DNA of 64,000 nucleotides from Eledone cirrhosa (GCA_964016885.1 OZ024740.1:440262001-440326000), one strand, 5' to 3'. Shown: positions 28,620 through 40,600, numbered from the stretch's first letter. Notes: a model not told the origin generated them from the sequence alone. A program made the numbers and translations.

Positions 28620-29290
28620 TTATTCCGGGTTGAATCGGAGGTAACCACAGTAAGTAAGGTACTCAATACATAGCAGAGTATAACAGTTTTAATATAGATG
28701 AGATTCTACAGGACTAGAACTGTTTCATTCATTAGAAATCATCAGGAATCTGGGTATCAAAAAATAAATATGGTATTTATAGGTCTCTACAAGTGGTAGG
28801 AGAGGGTGGGGAGTGGGATGGGTGCAGGTCATTGGTTGATAGAAAAGGGAATTCATTAAAAGCTAATTCTACAAAGCTATAGTTAATTTTTATTTATATT
28901 TATTTATGTTTTTAGAGTAACAAAGGCAGACAGAATTCTATAAACAGGTTCCGGATGGCATACCATTCCTTGTCAATAAATTTCTCTTAAGCTAGCAGAT
29001 GTCTATAAAATCAGTGGGGGGTCAGTCATGCTCGATAGAATTAAAGAAAAGGGAGATTCTTTAAAAGCTAAAGTCATTAAGGTTCTACTAAGTGACAAAG
29101 GTCTAGGGAATTCTGCAGACAGATTCAAGAGTAACCAATCTTAAAGAGAGAGATGGAGATAGGAGAGGAGATATGAGAGGAGAGATTGGTGAATTAGTTA
29201 GAAGCCAAAGCGTAAAAGCATGTGTTCAATGTGCAATATGCAGTAGAAAGCAGCTAGGTAGCTGGGTTCATGTAGAAGTTAGGTGAGCAG
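28620..29290 (-). mobile_element. Probable Penelope-like element terminal (pLTR) fragment
   Basis: Non-coding segment between (TA)n tracts that carries a minimal type I hammerhead (28701-28751). No recognisable RT or GIY-YIG ORF; boundaries approximate and family inferred from the ribozyme type. Confidence 0.4.
28701..28751 (-). ncRNA. Type I hammerhead ribozyme
   Basis: Minus strand AGATTC-CTGATGA-T.TTC.TAAT.GAA.T-GAAA-CAG.TTCTAGTC.CTG-TA-GAATCT: perfect 6-bp stem I, intact core, 4-bp stem III, GUA cleavage triplet. Confidence 0.85.
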
Positions 29291-29298
29291 AGCTGAAA

Positions 29299-29834
29299 AT
29301 ATTCATTAGTTAAGCAAAGCAAGACCACAAATTCACAAGATATTATTAAAAGATTGTCAACATATTTTAGTTTGATGTAAGGAATGTAGAGAATAATAAT
29401 AATAATATTAATAATAATAATGGTTACCCATAGGCAGATCTCACACAATGCAGCCTCGAAAGATGAATACTGCTTGATTATGGCTGACAACTGATTCAAC
29501 CAAGACACCATAGTAAAAACCAATATATGGAACATTATATTATGTAACATTCTCTCATTATTTTAATTTATATTCCTTTGAAGTTCCGATGAGCCGCTCT
29601 GTCTTTTAAATATGTTAATTATTTTCAACTGAACCAGATCAATTATGATATATAGTCATCTGATCCAGAAATATTATATGGAGTAGCGAAACAATTGGAA
29701 ACGGACATTATTATTATTAATATTATTATTATTATTCTCTACATTCCTTACATCAAACTAAAATATGTTGACAATCTTTTAATAATATCTTCCTTGTGAA
29801 ATTTGTGGTCTTGCTTTGCTTAACTAATGAATAT
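29299..29834. repeat. ~125-bp inverted repeat (arms 29299-29422 and 29706-29834) with ~283-bp spacer
   Basis: ATATTCATTAGTTAAGCAAAGCAAGACCACAAATT..GATATTATTAAAAGATTGTCAACATATTTTAGTTTGATGTAAGGAATGTAGAGAATAATAAT.. and its reverse complement differ only by ~5 bp of indels. Confidence 0.95.
29583..29702 (+). ncRNA. Decayed hammerhead with long stem II insertion
   Basis: GTT-CCGATGA-GCCGCTCTGT...ATGGAGTAGC-GAAAC-AATT-GGA-AAC: stem I GTT/AAC, stem II base pairs and palindromic CAATTG stem III, but U4>C and U16.1>G core changes. Confidence 0.5.
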
Positions 29835-29924
29835 ATATATATATATATACATTTATATATATATATATATATAGTTTTGCGAGGTTTTTTTTATATGAAA
29901 TCGTGTGTCGAAACAAATATTGTC

Positions 29925-29981
29925 ATACTTGGGGAGGGTCATATTTTCTGGCAATATTACACAAATATGACCCTCTCCAAG

Positions 29982-29984
<3 letters not shown>
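29925..29984. repeat. 60-bp hairpin (22-bp arms, 1 mismatch); right half also at 28541-28581
   Basis: ATACTTGGGGAGGGTCATATTT-16 nt-AAATATGACCCTCTCCAAGTAT; TTCTGGCAATATT(ATT)ACACAAATATGACCCTCCCCAAGTA at 28541. Confidence 0.85.
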
Positions 29985-30032
<48 letters not shown>

Positions 30033-30092
30033 CCTAATATAATTATTCCATATACTGTATCGATTGTGTTGTTATTTCTGTTTACCTTTTAA

Positions 30093-30104
30093 ACATACAC
30101 ACAC

Positions 30105-30168
<64 letters not shown>

Positions 30169-30245
30169 ATGATGAGGAGGAGGAGGAGGAGGAGGAGGAG
30201 GAGGAGGGGGTGAGGGGAAAAGGAGGAGGGGGAGCAGGAGGAGGA
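30093..30245. repeat. Compound (CA)/(TA)n/(GAT)/(GGA)n microsatellite
   Basis: Direct reading; source of the poly-Pro/His ORF. Confidence 0.93.
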
Positions 30246-30407
30246 GTGTACCGGACAAAAGTGAGACTAACCCCAGAAGCACGTCTATGTTTAAAGATAT
30301 TTATCTTCTTTGTTTTGATTCCCTTTAAATCAGAGATGAGGGATACTAGTTATACCAGTGGAGTAAATTACAAGAACGTGTAGACGTGTACCTATAAATT
30401 CAATCAT

Positions 30408-30476
30408 CTGGCAGGAAGGTATACGGTGCTGACGATAGCTAATAAGCTTGAAACTAGTACATCGTTCCTTTGTCAG
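30408..30476 (+). ncRNA. Minimal type I hammerhead ribozyme with palindromic stem III and extended stem I
   Basis: ACGGTG-CTGACGA-T.AGCT.AATA.AGCT.T-GAAAC-TA-GTA-CATCGT; stem I extends via AAGG/CCTT and CTGGCA/TGTCAG; ACTAGT palindrome; GUA cleavage after 30459. Confidence 0.85.
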
Positions 30477-30554
30477 TGTTGAACAAAAGGGAAAGGATGG
30501 TTGCTAAACACTGTACGGCTTAATTCGGGATGTTTGTTTACAAACAAACCGTGC

Positions 30555-30679
30555 ATTATAATAAATGTTCGGTAAACCCATACGTACATATATATATATA
30601 TGTGTGTATGTATGTATATATATATACATAATACTGTACGTCTGTATACATATATGTATGTACGTATATATACTTATAT
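30555..30679 (+). repeat. ~120-bp dispersed direct repeat, copy 2
   Basis: Near-identical to 27354-27470 apart from TA-run lengths and a few substitutions. Confidence 0.92.
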
Positions 30680-30685
30680 ATTAAT

Positions 30686-30791
30686 AATTGTTTCTACTTT
30701 TGGCACAAGGCCAGCAATTACCCAGTGCATTACTGGTACTTTATTTTATCGACCCCGTAAGGATGAAAGGCAAAGTTTACCTCGGCGGGAT
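30686..30791 (-). mobile_element. 5'-truncated tRNA-derived SINE with the same internal deletion as the 27168 copy
   Basis: Reverse complement ATCCCGCCGAGGTAAACTTTGCCTTTCATCCTTACGGGGTCGATAAAATAAAGTACCAGTAATGCACTGGGTAATTGCTGGCCTTGTGCCAAAAGTAGAAACAATT. Confidence 0.9.
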
Positions 30792-30974
30792 ATAAATAAT
30801 GAATCATAAGAAATGTGAAATGTGTCAGTTATAAGGAAAATGACCTAGATAATAGTTACTCTCTATAAATAATAGTTAAGGAAATGGGCCAAAGTGCATC
30901 TGATGAAGAACCAACCACTGTTTGGGTAATGTTGTTTAAACCATTATTTTTATTCGACAATAAGGGATTTCTAA

Positions 30975-31209
30975 TGTAATTGCGAGCTTTAAATGGGAGA
31001 GCTACTTCTTCAAATTGAGGGATCACAGCTCCCATACTATGGGTATGAGGTTAGAATGTCTCAGGAAAGAATTGCTGGACAGATTTTACGGTTAAAACCA
31101 ACGGAGTTCGAAGGGTAGACCCGAGCAAGATGGTTAGACAACATACATGAGCTTGGCTGGTCTCGGGTGGAGATCCAGCTGAATCAGTTGGAGACGGTTA
31201 CTTCTGCTG
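30975..31209 (+). mobile_element. RTE-clade LINE ORF C-terminal fragment (pseudogenised)
   Basis: From 31014: IEGSQLPYYGYEVRMSQERIAGQILRLKPTEFEG*TRARWLDNIHELGWSRVEI, matching the RTE C-terminal pattern QLRWxGHVxRM..ER...GRPRxRWxD; not in the ORF track; followed by (GAA)n. Confidence 0.8.
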
Positions 31210-31273
31210 GAAGAAGAAGAAGAAGAAGAAGAAGAAGAAGAAGAAGATGAAGAAGAAGAAGAAGAAGAAGAAG
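31210..31273. repeat. (GAA)n microsatellite
   Basis: Direct reading. Confidence 0.97.
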
Positions 31274-31431
31274 TGTTTGTCCAGCTATTCATGGCCCCTG
31301 CTAAACACAAAACAATACAATGTTATCCTCTTATTTTTAATATTACAACATACTCTGGTTCCCTTCCTCGATGTACATTCCCCCTCTCTCTCGCTGTCAT
31401 TGTTTATTCTCTCTCTCTCCCACTCAGTTTC

Positions 31432-31433
<2 letters not shown>

Positions 31434-31495
<62 letters not shown>
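31434..31495. repeat. (CT)n microsatellite
   Basis: Direct reading. Confidence 0.97.
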
Positions 31496-31497
<2 letters not shown>

Positions 31498-31642
31498 GTT
31501 TTACTCTCTGTTTAATAGAAGCTCTCCCCACTCATTCTCTACTTCTATGTCTTTGTCTCTCGCCCCTCTTTGACTTTTTCTCACCTGACAACACGTGCAA
31601 ATACACCAGGTAATACTCCGTCACAAACGTTCGTGCAGTGAA

Positions 31643-34600
31643 TGTGCGTGTGGTTGTGTGTGTGGTTGTATGTGTGGTTGTGTGTGTGGTTGTGTGTGTG
31701 GTTGTATGTGTGGTTGTGTGTGTGGTTGTGTGTGTGGTTGTGTGTGTGGCTGTGTGTGTGGTTGTGTGTGTGGTTGTGTATGTGGTTGTGTGTGTGGTTG
31801 TGTGTGTGGCTGTGTGTGTGGTTGTGTGTGTGGTTGTATGTGTGGTTGTGTATGTGGTTGTGTGTTTGTGTGTGGTTGTGTGTGTGGTTGTGTGTGTGGC
31901 TGTGTGTGTGGTTGTGTGTGTGTGGTTGTATGTGTGGTTGTGTATGTGGTTGTGTGTGTGGTTGCGTGTGTGGCTGTGTGTGGTTGTATGTGTGGTTGTG
32001 TATGTGGTTGTGTGTGTGGCTGTGTGTGTGGTTGTATGTATGTTTGTGTGTGTGGTTGTGTGTGTGGTTGTATGTGTGGTTGTGTGTGTGGTTGTGTGTG
32101 TGGTTGTATGTATGGTTGTATGTGTGTTTGTGTGTGTTTGTGTGGTTGTGTGTGTGGTTGTGTGTATGGTTGTGTGTGTGGTTGTGTGTGTGGTTGTGTG
32201 TGTTGTTGTGTGTGTGGTTGTGTGTGTGGTTGTATGTGTGGTTGTGTGTTTGGTTGTGTGTGTGGTTGTGTGTGTGGTTGTATGTGTGGTTATGTGTGTG
32301 GTTGTGTGTGTGGTTGTATGTGTGGTTGTATGTATAGTTGTGTGTGGTTGTGTGTGTGGTTGTGTGTGTGGTTGTGTGTGTGGTTGTGTGTGTGGTTGTA
32401 TGTATGGTTGTGTGTGTGGTTGTGTGTGTGGTTGTGTGTGTGGTTGTGTGTGTGGTTGTGTGTGTGGTTGTATGTATGGTTGTGTGTGTGGTTGTGTGTG
32501 TGGTTGTGTGTGTGGTTGTATGTGTGGCTGTGTGTGTTTGTGTGGTTGTGTGTGTGGTTGCGTGTGTGGTTGTATGTGTGGTTGTGTGTGTGGTTGTGTG
32601 TGTGGTTGTGTGTGTGGTTGTGTGTGTGGTTGTGTGTGTGGTTGTGTGTGTGGTTGTGTGTGTGGTTTTGTGTGTGGTTGTATGTGTGGTTGTGTGTGTG
32701 TGTGGTTGTGTGTGTGGTTGTGCGTGTGGTTGTGTTTGTGGTTGTCTGTGTGGTTGTGTGTGTGGTTGTGTGTGTGGCTGTGTGTGTGGTTGTGTGTGTG
32801 GTTGTGTGTGTGGTTGTGTGTGTTTGTGTGGTTGTGTGTGTTGTTGTGTTTGTGGTTGTCTGTGTGGTTGTGTGTGTGGTTGTGTGTGTGGCTGTGTGTG
32901 TGGTTGTGTGTGTGGTTGTGTATGTGGTTGTGTGTGTTTGTGTGGTTGTGTGTGTGGTTGTATGTATGGTTGTTTGTGTGGTTGTGTGTGTGATTGTGTG
33001 TGTGGTTGTGTGTGTTTGTGTGGTTGTGTGTGTGGTTGTGTGTATGGTTGTGTGTGTGGTTGTGTGTGTGGTTGTGTGTGTGGTTGTGTGTGTGGTTGTG
33101 TGTATGGTTGTGTGTGTGGTTGTGTGTGTGGTTGTGTGTGTGGTTGTGTGTGTGGTTGTGTGTGTGGTTGTGTGTGTGGTTGTATGTGTGGTTGTGTGTG
33201 TGGTTGTGTGTGTGGGTGTATGTATGGTTGTATGTGTGTTTGTGTGTGTTTGTGTGGTTGTGTGTGTGGTTGTGTGTGTGGTTGTATGTATGGTTGTATG
33301 TGTGTTTTTGTGTGTTTGTGTGGTTGTGTGTGTGGTTGTGTGTGTGGTTGAATGTGTGGTTGTATGTATGGTTGTGTGTGTGGTTGTGTGTGTGGTTGTG
33401 TGTGGTTGTGTGTGTGGTTGTATATGTGGTTGTGTGTGTGGTTGTGTGTGTGGTTGTATGTGTGGTTGTGTTTGTTTGTGTGGTTGTGTGTATGGTTGTG
33501 TGTGTGTTTGTATGTATGGTTGTGTGTGTGGTTGTGTGTGTGGTTGTGTGTGTGGTTGTATGTGTGGCTGTGTGTGTTTGTGTGGTTGTGTGTGTGGTTG
33601 TGTTTGTGGTTGTGTGTGTGGTTGTGTGTGTGGTTGTGTGTGTGGCTGTGTGTGTGGTTGTGTGTGTGGTTGTGTGTGTGGTTGTGTGTGTTTGTGTGGT
33701 TGTGTGTGTGGTTGTATGTATGGTTGTGTGTGTGGTTGTGTGTGTGGTTGTGTGTGTGGTTGTGTGTGTTTGTGTGGTTGTGTGTGTTGTTGTGTGTATG
33801 GTTGTGTGTGTGGTTGTGTGTGTGGTTGTGTGTGTGGTTGTGTGTGTGGTTGTATGTGTGGTTGTGTGTGTGGTTGTGTGTGTGGTTGTGTGTGTGGTTG
33901 TGTGTGTGGTTGTGTGTGTGGTTGTGTGTGTGGTTGTGTGTGTGGTTGTATGTGTGGTTGTGTGTGTTTGTGTGGTTGTGTGTGTGGTTGTGTGCGTGGT
34001 TGTGTGTGTGGTTGTATGTGTGGGAGTGTGTGTGGTTGTGTGTGTGTGGTTGTATGTATGGTTGTCTGTGTGGTTGTGTGTGTTGTTGTGTGTGTGGTTG
34101 TGTGTGTTTGTGTGGTTGTGTGTGTGGTTGTATGTATGGTTGTGTGTGTGGTCGTGTGTGTGGTTGTGTGTGTGGTTGTGTGTGTTTGTGTTGTTGTGTG
34201 TGTGGTTGTGTGTATGGTTGTGTGTGTGGTTGTGTGTGTGGTTGTGTGTGTGGTTGTGTGTGTGGTTGTGTGTGTGGTTGTGTGTGTGGTTGTGTGTGTG
34301 GTTGTGTGTGTGGTTGTGTGTGTGGTTGTGTGTGTGGTTGTATGGATGGTTGTGTGTTTGGTTGTGTGTGTGGTTGTGTGTGTGGTTGTATGTGTGGTTG
34401 TGTGTTTGGTTGTGTGTGTGGTTGTGTGTGTGGTTGTATGTGTGGTTGTGTGTGTGGTTGTGTGTGTGGTTGTATGTGTGGTTATGTGTGTGGTTGTGTG
34501 TGTGGTTGTATGTATGGTTGTATGTGTGTTTGTGTGTGTTTGTGTGGTTGTGTGTGTGGTTGTGTGTGTGGTTGTATGTGTGGTTGTATGTATGGTTGTG

Positions 34601-37600
34601 TGTGTGGTTGTGTGTGTGGTTGTGTGTGGTTTTGTGTGTGGTTGTATATGTGGTTGTGTGTGTGGTTGTGTGTGTGCTTGTATGTGTGGTTGTGTGTGTT
34701 TGTGTGGTTGTGTGTGTGGTTGTGTGTGTAGTTGTATGTATGGTTGTGTGTGTGGTTGTGTGTGTGGTTGTGTGTGTGGTTGTATGTGTGGCTGTGTGTA
34801 TTTGTGTGGTTGTGTGTGTGGTTGTGTTTGTCGTTGTGTGTGTGGTTGTGTGTGTGGTTGTGTGTGTGGCTGTGTGTGTGGTTGTGTGTGTGGTTGTGTG
34901 TGTGGTTGTGTGTGTTTGTGTGGTTGTGTGTGTGGTTGTATGTATGGTTGTGTGTGTGGTTGTGTGTGTGGTTGTGTGTGTGGTTGTGTGTGTTTGTGTG
35001 GTTGTGTGTGTGGTTGTGTGTATGGTTGTGTGTGTGGTTGTGTGTGTGGTTGTGTGTGTGGTTGTGTGTGTGGTTGTATGTGTGGTTGTGTGTGTGGTTG
35101 TGTGTGTGGTTGTATGTGTGGTTGTGTGTGTGGTTGTGTGTGTGGTTGTGTGTGTGGTTGTATGTGTGGGAGTGTGTGTGGTTGTATGTATGGTTTTGTG
35201 TGTGGTTGTGTGTATGGTTGTGTGTGTGTGGTTGTGTGTGTGGTTGTGTGTGTGGTTGTGTGTGTGGTTGTATGTGTGGTTGTATGTGTGGTTGTGTGTG
35301 TTTGTGTGGTTGTGTGTGTGGTTGTGTGCGTGGTTGTTTGTGTGGTTGTATGTGTGGGAGTGTGTGTGGTTGTGTGTGTGGTTGTGTGTGTGGTTGTGTG
35401 TGTTTGTGTGGTTGTGTGTGTGGTTGTATGTATGGTTGTGTGTGTGGTTGTGTGTGTGGCTGTGTGTGTGGTTGTGTGTGTTTGTGTTGTTGTGTGGGTG
35501 GTTGTGTGTATGGTTGTGTGTGTGATTGTGTGTGTGGTTGTGTGTGTGGTTGTATGTGTGGTTGTGTGTGTGGTTGTGTGTGTGGTTGTGTGTGTGGCTG
35601 TGTGTGTGGTTGTGTGTGTGGTTGTGTGTGTGGTTGTGTGTGTGGTTGTGTGTGTGGTTGTATGTATGGTTGTGTGTTTGGTTGTGTGTGTGGTTGTGTG
35701 TGTGGTTGTATGTGTGGTTGTGTGTGTGGTTGTGTGTGTGGTTGTATGTGTGGTTGTGTGTGTGGTTGTGTGTGTGGTTGTATGTATGGTTGTATGTGTG
35801 TTTGTGTGTGTTTGTGTGGTTGTGTGTGTGGTTGTGTGTGTGGTTGTGTGTGTGGTTGAGTGTGTGGCTGTGTGTGTGGTTGTGTGTGTGGTTGTGTGTG
35901 TGGTTGTGTGTGTGGTTGTGTGTGTGGTTGTATATATGGTTGTGTGTTTGGTTGTGTGTGTGGTTGTGTGTGTGGTTGTATGTATGGTTGTGTGTGTGGT
36001 TGTGTGTGTGGTTGTGTGTGTGGTTGTGTGTGTGGTTGTATGTGTGGTTGTGTGTGTGGTTGTGTGTGTGGTTGTATGTATGGTTGTATGTGTGTTTGTG
36101 TGTGTTTGTGTGGTTGTGTGTGTGGTTGTGTGTATGGTTGTGTGTGTGGTTGTGTGTGTGGTTGTGTGTGTGGTTGTATGTGTGGTTGTGTGTGTGGTTG
36201 TGTGGGTGGGTGTATGTATGGTTGTATGTGTGTTTGTGTGTGTTTGTGTGGTTGTGTGTGTGGTTGTGTGTGTGGTTGTATGTGTGGTTGTATGTATGGT
36301 TGTATGTGTGTTTGTGTGTGTTTGTGTGGTTGTGTGTGTGGTTGTGTGTGTGGTTGTATGTGTGGTTGTATGTATGGTTGTGTGTGTGGTTGTGTGTGTG
36401 GTTGTGTGTGGTTGTGTGTGTGGTTGTATATGTGGTTGTGTGTGTGGTTGTGTGTGTGGTTGTATGTGTGATTGTGTGTGTTTGTGTGGTTGTGTGTGTG
36501 GTTCTGTGTGTGTTTGTATGTATGGTTGTGTGTGTGGTTGTGTGTGTGGTTGTGTGTGTGGTTGTATGTGTGGCTGTGTGTGTTTGTGTGGTTGTGTGTG
36601 TGGTTGTGTTTGTGGTTGTGTGTGTGGTTGTGTGTGTGGTTGTGTGTGTGGCTGTGTGTGTGGTTGTGTGTGTGGTTGTGTGTGTGGTTGTGTGTGTTTG
36701 TGTGGTTGTGTGTGTGGTTGTATGTATGGTTGTGTGTGTGGTTGTGTGTGTGGTTGTGTGTGTGGTTGTGTGTGTTTGTGTGGTTGTGTGTGTGGTTGTG
36801 TGTATGGTTGTGTGTGTGGTTGTGTGTGTGGTTGTGTGTGTGGTTGTGTGTGTGGTTGTATGTGTGGTTGTGTGTGTGGTTGTGTGTGTGGTTGTGTGTG
36901 TGGTTGTGTGTGTGGTTGTGTGTGTGGTTGTGTGTGTGGTTGTATGTGTGGGAGTGTGTGTGGTTGTATGTATGGTTGTGTGTGTGGTTGTGTGTATGGT
37001 TGTGTGTGTGTGGTTGTGGGTGTGGTTGTGTGTGTGGTTGTGTGTGTGGTTGTATGTGTGGTTGTGTGTGTGGTTGTGTGTGTTTGTGTGGTTGTGTGTG
37101 TGGTTGTGTGCGTGGTTGTGTGTGTGGTTGTGTGTGTGGTTGTGTGCGTGGTTGTGTGTGTGGTTGTATGTGGGGGAGTGTGTGTGGTTGTGTGTGTGGT
37201 TGTATGTATGGTTGTGTGTGTGGTTGTGTGTGTGGTTGTGTGTGTGGTTGTGTGTGTTTGTGTGGTTGTGTGTGTGGTTGTATGTGTGGTTGTGTATGTG
37301 GTTGTGTGTTTGTGTGTGGTTGTGTGTGTGGTTGTGTGTGTGGCTGTGTGTGTGGTTGTGTGTGTGTGGTTGTATGTGTGGTTGTGTATGTGGTTGTGTG
37401 TGTGGTTGCGTGTGTGGCTGTGTGTGGTTGTATGTGTGGTTGTGTATGTGGTTGTGTGTGTGGCTGTGTGTGTGGTTGTATGTATGTTTGTGTGTGTGGT
37501 TGTGTGTGTGGTTGTATGTGTGGTTGTGTGTGTGGTTGTGTGTGTGGTTGTATGTATGGTTGTATGTGTGTTTGTGTGTGTTTGTGTGGTTGTGTGTGTG

Positions 37601-40600
37601 GTTGTGTGTATGGTTGTGTGTGTGGTTGTGTGTGTGGTTGTGTGTGTTGTTGTGTGTGTGGTTGTGTGTGTGGTTGTATGTGTGGTTGTGTGTTTGGTTG
37701 TGTGTGTGGTTGTGTGTGTGGTTGTATGTGTGGTTATGTGTGTGGTTGTGTGTGTGGTTGTATGTGTGGTTGTATGTATAGTTGTGTGTGGTTGTGTGTG
37801 TGGTTGTGTGTGTGGTTGTGTGTGTGGTTGTGTGTGTGGTTGTATGTATGGTTGTGTGTGTGGTTGTGTGTGTGGTTGTGTGTGTGGTTGTGTGTGTGGT
37901 TGTGTGTGTGGTTGTATGTATCGTTGTGTGTGTGGTTGTGTGTGTGGTTGTGTGTGTGGTTGTATGTGTGGCTGTGTGTGTTTGTGTGGTTGTGTGTGTG
38001 GTTGCGTGTGTGGTTGTATGTGTGGTTGTGTGTGTGGTTGTGTGTGTGGTTGTGTGTGTGGTTGTGTGTGTGGTTGTGTGTGTGGTTGTGTGTGTGGTTG
38101 TGTGTGTGGTTTTGTGTGTGGTTGTATGTGTGGTTGTGTGTGTGTGTGGTTGTGTGTGTGGTTGTGCGTGTGGTTGTGTTTGTGGTTGTCTGTGTGGTTG
38201 TGTGTGTGGTTGTGTGTGTGGCTGTGTGTGTGGTTGTGTGTGTGGTTGTGTGTGTGGTTGTGTGTGTTTGTGTGGTTGTGTGTGTTGTTGTGTTTGTGGT
38301 TGTCTGTGTGGTTGTGTGTGTGGTTGTGTGTGTGGCTGTGTGTGTGGTTGTGTGTGTGGTTGTGTATGTGGTTGTGTGTGTTTGTGTGGTTGTGTGTGTG
38401 GTTGTATGTATGGTTGTTTGTGTGGTTGTGTGTGTGATTGTGTGTGTGGTTGTGTGTGTTTGTGTGGTTGTGTGTGTGGTTGTGTGTATGGTTGTGTGTG
38501 TGGTTGTGTGTGTGGTTGTGTGTGTGGTTGTGTGTGTGGTTGTGTGTATGGTTGTGTGTGTGGTTGTGTGTGTGGTTGTGTGTGTGGTTGTGTGTGTGGT
38601 TGTGTGTGTGGTTGTGTGTGTGGTTGTATGTGTGGTTGTGTGTGTGGTTGTGTGTGTGGGTGTATGTATGGTTGTATGTGTGTTTGTGTGTGTTTGTGTG
38701 GTTGTGTGTGTGGTTGTGTGTGTGGTTGTATGTATGGTTGTATGTGTGTTTTTGTGTGTTTGTGTGGTTGTGTGTGTGGTTGTGTGTGTGGTTGAATGTG
38801 TGGTTGTATGTATGGTTGTGTGTGTGGTTGTGTGTGTGGTTGTGTGTGGTTGTGTGTGTGGTTGTATATGTGGTTGTGTGTGTGGTTGTGTGTGTGGTTG
38901 TATGTGTGGTTGTGTTTGTTTGTGTGGTTGTGTGTATGGTTGTGTGTGTGTTTGTATGTATGGTTGTGTGTGTGGTTGTGTGTGTGGTTGTGTGTGTGGT
39001 TGTATGTGTGGCTGTGTGTGTTTGTGTGGTTGTGTGTGTGGTTGTGTTTGTGGTTGTGTGTGTGGTTGTGTGTGTGGTTGTGTGTGTGGCTGTGTGTGTG
39101 GTTGTGTGTGTGGTTGTGTGTGTGGTTGTGTGTGTTTGTGTGGTTGTGTGTGTGGTTGTATGTATGGTTGTGTGTGTGGTTGTGTGTGTGGTTGTGTGTG
39201 TGGTTGTGTGTGTTTGTGTGGTTGTGTGTGTTGTTGTGTGTATGGTTGTGTGTGTGGTTGTGTGTGTGGTTGTGTGTGTGGTTGTGTGTGTGGTTGTATG
39301 TGTGGTTGTGTGTGTGGTTGTGTGTGTGGTTGTGTGTGTGGTTGTGTGTGTGGTTGTGTGTGTGGTTGTGTGTGTGGTTGTGTGTGTGGTTGTATGTGTG
39401 GTTGTGTGTGTTTGTGTGGTTGTGTGTGTGGTTGTGTGCGTGGTTGTGTGTGTGGTTGTATGTGTGGGAGTGTGTGTGGTTGTGTGTGTGGTTGTATGTA
39501 TGGTTGTCTGTGTGGTTGTGTGTGTGGTTGTGTGTGTGGTTGTGTGTGTTTGTGTGGTTGTGTGTGTGGTTGTATGTATGGTTGTGTGTGTGGTCGTGTG
39601 TGTGGTTGTGTGTGTGGTTGTGTGTGTTTGTGTTGTTGTGTGTGTGGTTGTGTGTATGGTTGTGTGTGTGGTTGTGTGTGTGGTTGTGTGTGTGGTTGTG
39701 TGTGTGGTTGTGTGTGTGGTTGTGTGTGTGGTTGTGTGTGTGGTTGTGTGTGTGGTTGTGTGTGTGGTTGTGTGTGTGGTTGTATGGATGGTTGTGTGTT
39801 TGGTTGTGTGTGTGGTTGTGTGTGTGGTTGTATGTGTGGTTGTGTGTTTGGTTGTGTGTGTGGTTGTGTGTGTGGTTGTATGTGTGGTTGTGTGTGTGGT
39901 TGTGTGTGTGGTTGTATGTGTGGTTATGTGTGTGGTTGTGTGTGTGGTTGTATGTATGGTTGTATGTGTGTTTGTGTGTGTTTGTGTGGTTGTGTGTGTG
40001 GTTGTGTGTGTGGTTGTATGTGTGGTTGTATGTATGGTTGTGTGTGTGGTTGTGTGTGTGGTTGTGTGTGGTTTTGTGTGTGGTTGTATATGTGGTTGTG
40101 TGTGTGGTTGTGTGTGTGCTTGTATGTGTGGTTGTGTGTGTTTGTGTGGTTGTGTGTGTGGTTGTGTGTGTAGTTGTATGTATGGTTGTGTGTGTGGTTG
40201 TGTGTGTGGTTGTGTGTGTGGTTGTATGTGTGGCTGTGTGTATTTGTGTGGTTGTGTGTGTGGTTGTGTTTGTCGTTGTGTGTGTGGTTGTGTGTGTGGT
40301 TGTGTGTGTGGCTGTGTGTGTGGTTGTGTGTGTGGTTGTGTGTGTGGTTGTGTGTGTTTGTGTGGTTGTGTGTGTGGTTGTATGTATGGTTGTGTGTGTG
40401 GTTGTGTGTGTGGTTGTGTGTGTGGTTGTGTGTGTTTGTGTGGTTGTGTGTGTGGTTGTGTGTATGGTTGTGTGTGTGGTTGTGTGTGTGGTTGTGTGTG
40501 TGGTTGTGTGTGTGGTTGTATGTGTGGTTGTGTGTGTGGTTGTGTGTGTGGTTGTATGTGTGGTTGTGTGTGTGGTTGTGTGTGTGGTTGTGTGTGTGGT

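Noticed and set aside
29895-29930. CGAAACAAATATTGTC as hammerhead stem III with GUC
   Set aside because: No CTGANGA box or stem II upstream.
30895-30960. CTGATGA at ~30900 as a hammerhead
   Set aside because: No GAAA box following a stem II, and no closing stem I.
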